NCBI RefSeq assembly: GCF_048403405.1 | Contig: NZ_CP183129.1 | Length of the DNA stretch: 64,000 nt | Strand: one strand, 5' to 3' | Source of the DNA: Escherichia coli | GTDB taxonomy: Bacteria > Pseudomonadota > Gammaproteobacteria > Enterobacterales > Enterobacteriaceae | In this document: positions 55,604 to 64,000 of the stretch, piece by piece | Layout of the letters: each line of letters begins with the position of its first letter | Numbering within the stretch: position 1 is the stretch's first letter | The notes under the pieces: generated by a model | Told to the model about the DNA's origin: nothing | Seen by the model: only the letters and a program-made list of their open reading frames with translations | Databases searched by the model: none | Translations under genes and position numbers: made by a program

Positions 55604-56328
55604 GTAAAAGCCGCTTAACGGTGTTTAGTTTCGTTCGCCGTTTTCTTCTGCGGTTAATGGTTGTCCTCGCCGTTTTCTGGGGCGGGGGCATTGCGTTGTT
55701 TAGCGTTGCGCCTGTTCCTTTCTCTGCGGTAATGGTCGAGCGGCAAGTCAGCGCCTGGCTGCATGGCAATTTTCGTTACGTGGCACATTCTGACTGGGTC
55801 AACATGGATCAAATCTCGCCGTGGATGGGACTGGCGGTGATTGCCGCAGAAGATCAGAAGTTTCCTGAGCACTGGGGCTTTGATGTCGCTTCCATTGAGC
55901 AAGCCCTGGCGCACAACGAACGCAATGAAAACCGTATTCGCGGTGCGTCGACGATTTCTCAGCAGACAGCCAAAAATCTCTTTTTATGGGATGGGCGCAG
56001 CTGGGTTCGAAAAGGGCTGGAAGCCGGATTAACGCTGGGGATAGAAACTGTCTGGAGCAAAAAGCGTATCCTGACGGTTTACCTGAATATCGCCGAATTT
56101 GGCGACGGTGTGTTTGGCGTCGAAGCTGCGGCACAACGTTATTTCCACAAACCCGCGAGCAAACTTACCCGCTCGGAAGCTGCATTACTGGCAGCTGTAT
56201 TACCTAATCCACTTCGTTTCAAAGTCTCCGCGCCATCGGGCTACGTGCGTGGCCGTCAGGCGTGGATTTTACGGCAGATGTATCAGTTAGGCGGTGAGTT
56301 GTTTATGCAACAGCACCAGCTTGATTAA
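55600..56328 (+). CDS. mtgA: monofunctional peptidoglycan glycosyltransferase
   Basis: 242 aa, N-terminal TM, transglycosylase motifs ([19 protein letters not shown]). Confidence 0.95.
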   Translation: MSKSRLTVFSFVRRFLLRLMVVLAVFWGGGIALFSVAPVPFSAVMVERQVSAWLHGNFRYVAHSDWVNMDQISPWMGLAVIAAEDQKFPEHWGFDVASIEQALAHNERNENRIRGASTISQQTAKNLFLWDGRSWVRKGLEAGLTLGIETVWSKKRILTVYLNIAEFGDGVFGVEAAAQRYFHKPASKLTRSEAALLAAVLPNPLRFKVSAPSGYVRGRQAWILRQMYQLGGELFMQQHQLD

Positions 56329-56957
56329 GCTTCGCGCGAAGTGAGGGCCAGCATTTTGCTCTCACGAGGTTGCAGATCTTTCTGCAGGGCAATAGCCAGC
56401 GCCGGTTGGGTGATAAATCGTTTCCATAACCGCTCTTGCTTACGCAGACAACACCACTTCGACCAGGTTGCCAGTGGAATCAATGTGCTTTCACCAATGT
56501 TGTCGCAGACGACGGGGATAACCTCTGACTCACTGATGCGATGACAGAGGATATTCTGCGGCTTCAGCGACATCGTCACGATACGGTTATCCTGCAAATA
56601 ACGCTTCAGCTGTTTCAGTAACTGGCGCAGTTGTGCAACGTCTTCTTCGTAACGGCATTGTTCAGCAAATTCGGTCAGCGTAATGGAGGGCTTGCCGTCA
56701 AAATCTGCAATCACATCGTAGACATAACCGGTTCCGCAATCCGTCTCAACGGTACCGTGATAGCGCGGTATTCCACTCCAGTCTTTTAACCGGCGACCAA
56801 GATGCGCGTAGTACTTTAACTCACGGCGGATCTCTTTATCGCCACCATCGCCACGATGGTAGACAATCTTGATACAGCGTTGGGCATCTTCCGGATGCGC
56901 ATAACATTTCCGATGTCTTCCGGTGCCCAGGGGACTTTGTTCAGATAAGCGAATCAT
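56325..56957 (-). CDS. yrbL: PhoP-regulated protein YrbL
   Basis: 210 aa from [24 protein letters not shown]; the track's longer ORF would overlap the PhoP box at 57008-57024. Confidence 0.85.
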   Translation of the reverse strand: MIRLSEQSPLGTGRHRKCYAHPEDAQRCIKIVYHRGDGGDKEIRRELKYYAHLGRRLKDWSGIPRYHGTVETDCGTGYVYDVIADFDGKPSITLTEFAEQCRYEEDVAQLRQLLKQLKRYLQDNRIVTMSLKPQNILCHRISESEVIPVVCDNIGESTLIPLATWSKWCCLRKQERLWKRFITQPALAIALQKDLQPRESKMLALTSREA

Positions 56958-57007
56958 GCCATCTCCTGGAAATATTTTCTGATGATCTCCAGTATGGTCG
57001 ATTAACT

Positions 57008-57024
57008 TAAACAAAACCTAAACA
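57008..57024 (-). promoter_or_regulatory. PhoP box upstream of yrbL
   Basis: Minus strand reads TGTTTA-GGTTT-TGTTTA, a perfect match to the (T/G)GTTTA-N5-(T/G)GTTTA PhoP direct repeat, about 50-65 bp upstream of the yrbL start. Confidence 0.75.
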
Positions 57025-57170
57025 ATGCCTCTTAAGGTTTTCTTAAGGTTCTTCTGAAAGTGAAAAGCGCACAAAATGTACAAATGACGTTGATTGAGAA
57101 CGATTTGAGTACGTGATTTTCTTATTGTCGGGGGGAGTTTGAAGGGAGTTGTATGTCAAAGTGATGAAGA

Positions 57171-57443
57171 TTAATCTTCATCAAAACCAGAATTAAAGAG
57201 GGCGATAACGGCGGCCAGTGCTTCCTCTTCCTGTGGACCGGTCGCTTCAACTTCAATCTGCCGTCCTTTGGCAGAATCCAACATCAGCAGCGCAATAACG
57301 CTGTTGGCTTCAGCCTCGGTGCCTTCGTCATTACGTAACAGCACTTCAGCGTCAAAACCCTGCATTAATTCAAACAGCTTCATTGCAGGCCGGGCATGCA
57401 TGCCCAGCTTGTTTGTGATTTCAACAGTTTGCTTGACGGTCAT
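57171..57443 (-). CDS. npr: phosphocarrier protein NPr (nitrogen-related HPr)
   Basis: 90 aa, [26 protein letters not shown]... Confidence 0.95.
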
Positions 57444-58294
57444 GGTTTACGTTTTTCCAGCGTACGATGGCGTGACTGGACGTTTTTACCGCGCGAGCGG
57501 AAGTAGTCTGCCAGTTGCTCTGCAATATACACCGAACGGTGCTTCCCGCCGGTACAACCAATGGCGACCGTCAAGTAGCTACGGTTGTTGGTTTCCAGCA
57601 TAGGCAACCATAGCTCAAGATAGCTTCGCGTCTGGTAGATAAAATTGTGTACTTCTGTGTGGCGGTCGAGAAACGCGGCGACGGGTTTATCAAGACCTGT
57701 CATTGGACGCAGTTTCGGATCCCAGTGCGGGTTCGGCAAGAAGCGCACGTCAAAGACGTAATCTGCATCGATAGGGATACCGTGTTTGAAGCCGAAAGAC
57801 TCAAAGACCATGGTCAGTTCGCGTTCACGTTTACCCAGCAGACGGGTACGCAGCATTTCAGCCAGCTCGTGAACGGACATTTCTGAGGTATCGACAATCA
57901 GATCCGCTCGCGAACGCAGAGGTTCCAGCAAATCGCTTTCTTTGTCGATAGCACTTTCCAGCGACAGGTTTTTGCTTGAAAGCGGATGCAGTCGGCGCGT
58001 GTCACTGTAACGACGAATTAAGGTATTACGGTCGGCATCCAGGAACAGTAGTTGCGGTGAGAAAGCGTCAGGCAGGTTACTCATCGCCTGTTCGAATATT
58101 TCTGGTGACTCCGGCATATTACGAACATCAATGCTGACGGCGGCAGAAATCTCGCGATCGGCCAGAGTTCGAGCCAGATCGGGTAACAACACTACGGGAA
58201 GGTTATCCACGCAGTAAAAACCCATATCTTCCAGCGCACGCAGGGCGACAGATTTACCTGAACCTGAACGTCCGCTGACGATCATCAGTACCAT
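57440..58294 (-). CDS. rapZ: RNase adaptor protein RapZ
   Basis: 284 aa with Walker A GRSGSGKS; stop overlaps the npr start. Confidence 0.95.
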
Positions 58295-58339
58295 GTACTG
58301 TTTCTCCTCACAACGTCTAAAAGAGACATTACCGAATAA

Positions 58340-58831
58340 CTACGCTTCATCCGGAGTACCTTCGGTATCCGTAATGATTTGATACAGCTCTTCATCGCTC
58401 TGGGCTGCGCGTAAACGGCGGCAGATGGTTTTGTCCGCCAGACGTTTCGCCACCAGCGACAGAGTATGCAGGTGCGTTTTAGTTTGGTCTGCCGGCACCA
58501 GCAGGGCAAAAAGTAAGTCCACCGGTTGGTTGTCGATGGCATCGAAAGCTATAGGCGTTTCGAGCTGAACGAAAACGCCAACGGCGCGCAGAGTATCTTC
58601 TTCCAGTTTGCCATGCGGAATGGCAATACCATTGCCGATACCGGTACTGCCCATTTTTTCCCGCGTCAGGATAGCTTCAAAAACCACCTGAGGCGGTAGG
58701 CTAAGTTGTTTCGCCGCCAGCTCGCTGATGATTTCCAGGGCGCGTTTTTTGCTCTGACAGTGGACGCGGCTTCGCGTACATTCCCTGTTAAGAACACTGC
58801 TAAGCTGTAGAGTTGTATCATTATTTGTCAT
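58340..58831 (-). CDS. ptsN: nitrogen-related PTS IIA protein
   Basis: 163 aa from MTNNDTTLQLSSVLNRE. Confidence 0.95.
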   Translation of the reverse strand: MTNNDTTLQLSSVLNRECTRSRVHCQSKKRALEIISELAAKQLSLPPQVVFEAILTREKMGSTGIGNGIAIPHGKLEEDTLRAVGVFVQLETPIAFDAIDNQPVDLLFALLVPADQTKTHLHTLSLVAKRLADKTICRRLRAAQSDEELYQIITDTEGTPDEA

Positions 58832-58948
58832 AATTTCACCTAAGAACCTGCCCACTCAAACAGTGGAACAGGCTCGGAGCATTAACCGTACAAATGGCCC
58901 GTTGTGCCGCACAACAGGCCGCCATGCACATGCTAATTGCCCGGACAA

Positions 58949-59236
58949 TTAGTGTTGTTTCAGTTTATCTTTATGTTTGGTCAACTGGCGTGCCAGCTTA
59001 TCAATTAAGCCATCAATGGCAGCGTACATGTCCTGACCTTCCGCGCTGGCATGAATTTCACCACCGTTTACATGCAGTGTTGCATCTGAGGTGTGGGTGA
59101 CTTTCTCCACTTTCAGAACAACATAGACCTGGTTGATTCGGTCAAAATATTGCTCAAGTTTGGCAAATTTGGCTGTAACAAATTCGCGCAGTGCCTCGGT
59201 GATCTCGACGTTATTTCCGGTAATGTTGAGCTGCAT
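58949..59236 (-). CDS. hpf: ribosome hibernation promoting factor
   Basis: 95 aa from MQLNITGNNVEITEALREFV; the track ORF has a 28-codon spurious extension. Confidence 0.95.
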   Translation of the reverse strand: MQLNITGNNVEITEALREFVTAKFAKLEQYFDRINQVYVVLKVEKVTHTSDATLHVNGGEIHASAEGQDMYAAIDGLIDKLARQLTKHKDKLKQH

Positions 59237-59258
59237 AGTGTCTTCCTTATCGGTTGGG

Positions 59259-60692
59259 TCAAACGAGCTGTTTACGCTGGTTTGACGGCGGAATGGATAA
59301 AGACTCTCGGTACTTCGCAACAGTGCGGCGTGCCACCATGATACCTTGTTCCGACAGCAAAGAGGTTAACTTGCTGTCGCTCAACGGTTTCGCTGGGTTT
59401 TCCGCCGCGATTAATTTCTTCACCAGCGCACGAATCGCCGTGGAGGAAGCTTCGCCGCCGCCCTCGGTATTGACGTGACTGGAAAAGAAATACTTCAGTT
59501 CAAAAATGCCTCGTGGACTATGCAGGTATTTTTGCGTGGTCACGCGAGATATCGTCGATTCATGCATTTCGACAGCCTGGGCGATATCGGCCAGTACCAT
59601 CGGTTTCATATATTCTTCGCCTTGCTCAAAGAAGGCTTGCTGCTGTTCAACGATACAGCGACTCACGCGCAGTAGCGTATCGTTACGGCTTTCCAGACTC
59701 TTGATCAACCATTTGGCATCCTGCAGATTGCTGCGGATAAACTGGCTGTCACCATCGTTACGCGCGTTATTGCACATCGAGGCGTAGTGCTGGTTGATTT
59801 GCAGACGCGGAATGCTGTCACTGTTGAGTTCTACCGTCCAGTGACCGTTATGCTTACGCACCAGCACATCTGGAATGACATACTCAGGTTCGCCAGTCTG
59901 GATCGACTGCCCGGGGCGCGGATCGAGCGACTGGATCAGATTGACGGCTTCTTTCAGCACATCTTCTTTCAGACGCGTGACGCGCATTAAAGTGCGGAAG
60001 TCGTGATTGGCTAACAGATCGAGATGATCGCTAATGATCAGTCTGGCCTCTTCCAGCCACGGCGTGGTCTTATCGAATTGGGAGAGTTGGATCAGCAGAC
60101 AGTCACGCAGATCTTTTGCCGCCACACCGACCGGATCAAACCGTTGGATCCGCTTAAGGACGGCTTCAACTTCGTCGATGTCGATCTCTTCATCGCCCAT
60201 ACTTTCGAGAATATCTTCCAGCGGGACAGTCAGATAACCGGTGTCATCAACGGCATCGACGATAGAGGTAGCAATGGCGCGGTCAGTATCGGAAAACGGT
60301 GTCAGCTCGACCTGCCACATCAGGTAATCCTGCAAGGTCTGCGTCGTTTCGCCCTGATAGACCGGCAGCTCGTCGTCAATGTAGTCACCGCTGGTGCCGG
60401 ATGGTGTACCAGCGGTGTAAATGGTGTCCCAACTGGCATCGAGCGGCAGCTCTTCCGGCATCTCTTTTTGTTCGAGCGCGTCGGCGGTGTCCAGAGTTTC
60501 ACTGTCTTGCGTTTCGCGGGTGTCGATTTCTTCATGAGTGTCGATTTGCTCAAGCAGCGGATTACTCTCCAGCGCCTGCTGTAGCTCCTGCTGAAGTTCC
60601 AGCGTCGACAACTGCAACAGACGAATTGCCTGTTGGAGCTGTGGCGTCATCGCCAGTTGTTGGCTAAGCCTGAGTTGCAAACCTTGCTTCAT
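59259..60692 (-). CDS. rpoN: RNA polymerase sigma-54 factor
   Basis: 477 aa, [33 protein letters not shown], acidic region II, C-terminal RpoN box. Confidence 0.98.
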   Translation of the reverse strand: MKQGLQLRLSQQLAMTPQLQQAIRLLQLSTLELQQELQQALESNPLLEQIDTHEEIDTRETQDSETLDTADALEQKEMPEELPLDASWDTIYTAGTPSGTSGDYIDDELPVYQGETTQTLQDYLMWQVELTPFSDTDRAIATSIVDAVDDTGYLTVPLEDILESMGDEEIDIDEVEAVLKRIQRFDPVGVAAKDLRDCLLIQLSQFDKTTPWLEEARLIISDHLDLLANHDFRTLMRVTRLKEDVLKEAVNLIQSLDPRPGQSIQTGEPEYVIPDVLVRKHNGHWTVELNSDSIPRLQINQHYASMCNNARNDGDSQFIRSNLQDAKWLIKSLESRNDTLLRVSRCIVEQQQAFFEQGEEYMKPMVLADIAQAVEMHESTISRVTTQKYLHSPRGIFELKYFFSSHVNTEGGGEASSTAIRALVKKLIAAENPAKPLSDSKLTSLLSEQGIMVARRTVAKYRESLSIPPSNQRKQLV

Positions 60693-60739
60693 GTTCAGAA
60701 TCGTACTCTCCTGCTAAAACGTCGCAAACTTCTACCCTA

Positions 60740-61465
60740 TCAGAGTCTGAAGTCTTCCCCAAGGTATACACGCTTAACGTGTTCGTCTTGTAAGATTTCT
60801 GTAGGCGTGCCGTGGGCGATCAAATGCCCCTGACTGACGATATAAGCGCGTTCACAAACCGCCAGTGTTTCACGCACGTTGTGGTCAGTGATCAGTACGC
60901 CCAGGCCGCTGTCGCGCAGGTGCTCAATGATGCGTTTAATGTCGATAACCGAGATCGGGTCAACCCCGGCAAACGGTTCGTCGAGCAGAATAAATTTCGG
61001 ATTCGCAGCCAGTGCGCGGGCAATTTCTACACGGCGACGTTCACCCCCGGAGAGTGACTGCCCCATGCTGTCACGCAGGTGCTCAATGTGAAACTCTTCC
61101 ATCAGCTCGTTCGCGCGGTCTTCACGTTGTTCAGCAGACAAGTCGTCACGAATTTGCAGTACCGCCATCAGGTTATCGTAAACGCTGAGGCGACGGAAAA
61201 TGGAGGCTTCCTGCGGCAGATAGCCGATACCGCGGCGCGCGCGTGCATGCAGAGGCAGCAGACTGATATCGTCATCATCAATAATGATGTTGCCCGCATC
61301 GCGCGGCACAATGCCTACAACCATGTAGAAAATGGTGGTCTTACCGGCACCGTTTGGCCCCAGCAGACCGACAATTTCCCCGGAGTTGACGGTCAGGCTG
61401 ACGTCTTCTACCACGCGACGGCCTTTATAGGCTTTTGCAAGGTTCTTTGCAGTTAATGTTGCCAT
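60740..61465 (-). CDS. lptB: LPS export ABC transporter ATP-binding protein
   Basis: 241 aa, Walker [10 protein letters not shown] and ABC signature LSGGERRR. Confidence 0.97.
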   Translation of the reverse strand: MATLTAKNLAKAYKGRRVVEDVSLTVNSGEIVGLLGPNGAGKTTIFYMVVGIVPRDAGNIIIDDDDISLLPLHARARRGIGYLPQEASIFRRLSVYDNLMAVLQIRDDLSAEQREDRANELMEEFHIEHLRDSMGQSLSGGERRRVEIARALAANPKFILLDEPFAGVDPISVIDIKRIIEHLRDSGLGVLITDHNVRETLAVCERAYIVSQGHLIAHGTPTEILQDEHVKRVYLGEDFRL

Positions 61466-61471
61466 AACGAA

Positions 61472-62029
61472 TTAATTACCCTTCTTCTGTGCCGGGGTCT
61501 GGCCTTTGTTGTTTTTGTCCTGCAGCTGCGACGGCACCAGAACGGTGGTTACGCGCTTACCTTTGTCGCTGAAAGCCTGCATTTTCTGCTCTTTCACCAG
61601 GTAAGTGATCTTATCGCCCTTAATGTTGCTATCGACCTGCTGCAGATAAGCATTACCCGTCAGAACGACAAAATCTTTTGCCAGTTCGTAGTGCATCTGG
61701 GAAGCGTGACCTTCAACGGGTTTACCATTGTCCTGCATCTGGTAGAACGTTGCCGGTTTACCGTAGCCGTCAATCACTTCTTTACCTTGTTCGCCGCCCG
61801 GACGGGTAACGACCACTTTGTCGGCATTAATTTTGATGGTGCCCTGGGTGACGATGACATTACCGGTAAAGGTAACCACGTTGCCTTGCATATCAAGAGA
61901 TTGCTGGTCCGATTCAATATGGATCGGCTGATCAGTGTCTCCGGTTACGGCAAATGCCGGAATGCTGGCGGCCAGAAGTGAGCTGGCAAGCACAAGATTA
62001 AGGCTGAGTTTGTTTGTTTTGAATTTCAT
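61472..62029 (-). CDS. lptA: LPS transport periplasmic protein LptA
   Basis: 185 aa from MKFKTNKLSLNLVLASSLLAASIPAFA (signal peptide). Confidence 0.95.
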   Translation of the reverse strand: MKFKTNKLSLNLVLASSLLAASIPAFAVTGDTDQPIHIESDQQSLDMQGNVVTFTGNVIVTQGTIKINADKVVVTRPGGEQGKEVIDGYGKPATFYQMQDNGKPVEGHASQMHYELAKDFVVLTGNAYLQQVDSNIKGDKITYLVKEQKMQAFSDKGKRVTTVLVPSQLQDKNNKGQTPAQKKGN

Positions 62030-62573
62030 AGGATGTTCTAACCTTTTCAATCAGCTCGGCGTTCTTGCTGCGTAAGTTGCCGCGCATTTTCAGACCGCTG
62101 GAGTTAAATGTTGTTCCGTATAACGTGACGAGGTCTTCAGAGGTAACATCCTGCGTCACCAGATTGATCTGCGCGTTATCCGTCGTGATTCTGCGAAGTT
62201 GAGAGTCCGGCACAAGTGCGTTGACTTCAACGTGTCCATATAAATAGAGCATCCGGTCATTGGTCAGCTTGGCTTTATCTGCTTTTACGGACCATGTCGG
62301 GATTTTATCCTTATCAAACGTGGTAAGTACCGGCTGCGTAAACCACGAAACGGCCTGATCGGAATAATATTCAACGTGTTGAGCAATCAATCGATAGCTT
62401 AGTGCCCCTTCTGGGTTATAGACGAGCGTGTCCGTATGCTCGCTTTTATAGGTGGGATCATTGTTGTTGACGACCACCTGGGCGGTATCGTCTTTTTCGG
62501 CCATATTAATGCCGATCATCACCAGAACCGCCAGTGATAGCACAATGATAACCCAACGTCTGGCTTTACTCAT
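61998..62573 (-). CDS. lptC: LPS export protein LptC
   Basis: 191 aa, N-terminal TM anchor; 3' end overlaps the lptA start by 32 bp. Confidence 0.95.
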   Translation of the reverse strand: MSKARRWVIIVLSLAVLVMIGINMAEKDDTAQVVVNNNDPTYKSEHTDTLVYNPEGALSYRLIAQHVEYYSDQAVSWFTQPVLTTFDKDKIPTWSVKADKAKLTNDRMLYLYGHVEVNALVPDSQLRRITTDNAQINLVTQDVTSEDLVTLYGTTFNSSGLKMRGNLRSKNAELIEKVRTSYEIQNKQTQP

Positions 62574-63136
62574 ATCGATTGCCCTTTGGCTTCATCCAGT
62601 TTGCCCTGCGCCAGGAGTAATAAGTCGCAAACTTCTCGCACTGCGCCACGACCGCCAGCAATGCGCGTCACGTAATCGGCGCGCGGGATCAACAGTGGAT
62701 GCGCATCGGCCACGGCGACGCTTAAACCCACTTTTTCCATTACCGGCCAGTCGATGAGATCATCGCCGACATAAGCCACATTTTCCGGGGCAATCGCCAG
62801 TTTTTCCAGCAGATCGCTAAAGGCGATCAGTTTGTTTGACTGCCCCTGATACAAGTGAGTGATCCCCAATGTGGCACAACGATCTTCTACCAGTTTAGCC
62901 TTTCGCCCGGTAATGATAGCGACTTCAATATCAGAGGTGAGCGCACAACGAATGCCATAACCGTCACGAACATTGAACGCTTTCAGCTCTTCGCCATTAT
63001 TGCCCATATAAATCAGGCCATCTGACAGTACGCCATCGACATCGAGGATCAGCAGACGAATGTTCTCTGCTTTTGCCATAACGTCGGCGCTGACAGGGCC
63101 GTAACAGGTCGCAAGCGACGCACCTGCTTTGCTCAT
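62570..63136 (-). CDS. kdsC: KDO 8-phosphate phosphatase
   Basis: 188 aa, HAD-family motif LILDVDGVLSDG; stop overlaps the lptC start. Confidence 0.95.
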   Translation of the reverse strand: MSKAGASLATCYGPVSADVMAKAENIRLLILDVDGVLSDGLIYMGNNGEELKAFNVRDGYGIRCALTSDIEVAIITGRKAKLVEDRCATLGITHLYQGQSNKLIAFSDLLEKLAIAPENVAYVGDDLIDWPVMEKVGLSVAVADAHPLLIPRADYVTRIAGGRGAVREVCDLLLLAQGKLDEAKGQSI

Positions 63137-63156
63137 TGTTGTTTATCCTTGAATCT

Positions 63157-64000
63157 TTACACTACGCCTGCACGCAGTAAATCATGCATATGTAACACAC
63201 CGAGTAAATGGTCGCCATCGGCAACCATCACGGAGGTGATATGGCGGGACTGCATTAAGTTCAGTGCCTCAACGGCCAGAATGCCAGGGCGCACACGTAT
63301 TCCCCCCGGCGTCATCACATCGGCAATACTTAACTGACGAACATCCACGCCCATATCGAAGACACGGCGTAAATCACCGTCGGTAAAGATGCCTTCAATC
63401 ATCATATTGTCATCGCAAATGACAGTCATACCAAGATTTTTGCGGGTAACTTCCAGCAATGCGTCACGCAGACTGGCCGTTTTCTTAACATGCGGGATCT
63501 CATCGCCCGTATGCATAATATCGTTTACGCGCAGCAGAAGTTTACGACCCAGTGCGCCGCCTGGGTGTGAGAGCGCAAAATCTTCAGCAGTAAAGCCGCG
63601 TGCTTTTAACAGAGCGACAGCGAGGGCATCGCCCATAACCAGCGTGGCGGTGGTGCTGCTGGTCGGTGCCAGCCCTAACGGACAGGCTTCTTTCGCTACT
63701 TTAACACACAGATGCACATCTGCGGCGCGCGCCATGCTGCTCTCCGGACGACCGGTGATGCAGATTAACGGTACGTGAAGACGCTTAAGCACTGGAATTA
63801 AGGCCGTGATTTCGCTGGATTCACCTGAGTTAGAGATAGCAATCACCACATCCTGTGGGGTGACCATGCCTAAATCACCATGCGCGGCTTCACCAGGATG
63901 GACGAAAAATGAAGGTGTACCGGTGCTGGCAAACGTTGCCGCCATTTTGCGCCCAATATGCCCCGATTTCCCCATCCCCATGACGACAACTTTCCCTTTA
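63157..64000 (-). CDS. kdsD: arabinose-5-phosphate isomerase KdsD (5' end beyond the window)
   Basis: C-terminal ~280 aa with SIS and tandem CBS domains; the N-terminus lies past position 64000. Confidence 0.9.
   Translation of the reverse strand, partial: KGKVVVMGMGKSGHIGRKMAATFASTGTPSFFVHPGEAAHGDLGMVTPQDVVIAISNSGESSEITALIPVLKRLHVPLICITGRPESSMARAADVHLCVKVAKEACPLGLAPTSSTTATLVMGDALAVALLKARGFTAEDFALSHPGGALGRKLLLRVNDIMHTGDEIPHVKKTASLRDALLEVTRKNLGMTVICDDNMMIEGIFTDGDLRRVFDMGVDVRQLSIADVMTPGGIRVRPGILAVEALNLMQSRHITSVMVADGDHLLGVLHMHDLLRAGVV

Overview
This 64-kb window is a conserved core-chromosome stretch of an Escherichia coli-type enterobacterium, not an obvious accessory island. Gene order is fis-dusB-prmA-panF-yhdT-accCB / acuI / csrD-mreBCD-yhdE-rng-yhdP-tldD / aaeR-aaeXAB-yhcO / yhcN-argR / mdh / degS-degQ / zapG-zapE / rplM-rpsI / sspAB / dcuD / nanR-nanATEK-nanQ / yhcG / gltDB / yhcC-arcB-(ArcZ)-elbB-mtgA / yrbL / npr-rapZ-ptsN-hpf-rpoN-lptBAC-kdsCD. 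All calls come from reading the six-frame translations and the DNA directly; no database search was run, and comparisons to E. coli K-12 rest on my recollection of that genome. Many ORF-track entries carry spurious N-terminal extensions, which I trimmed to the start that gives the known protein length. I found no CRISPR array, IS element, integrase, tRNA or rRNA, and no convincing novel multi-gene system. The places that deserve a second look are: (1) the first ~1.1 kb downstream of fis, which is not what I expect there (yhdJ) and holds two translationally coupled unknown ORFs plus a repeat-rich non-coding tract; (2) a family of four hairpin-forming palindromes centred on CAGAC-N3-GTCTG, three of them tandem and in frame inside yhcG; (3) gltD lying directly next to yhcG with no gltF-yhcADEF fimbrial cluster, and an 11-bp inverted repeat around the yhcG start codon; (4) two related GC-rich hairpin elements in intergenic spacers.
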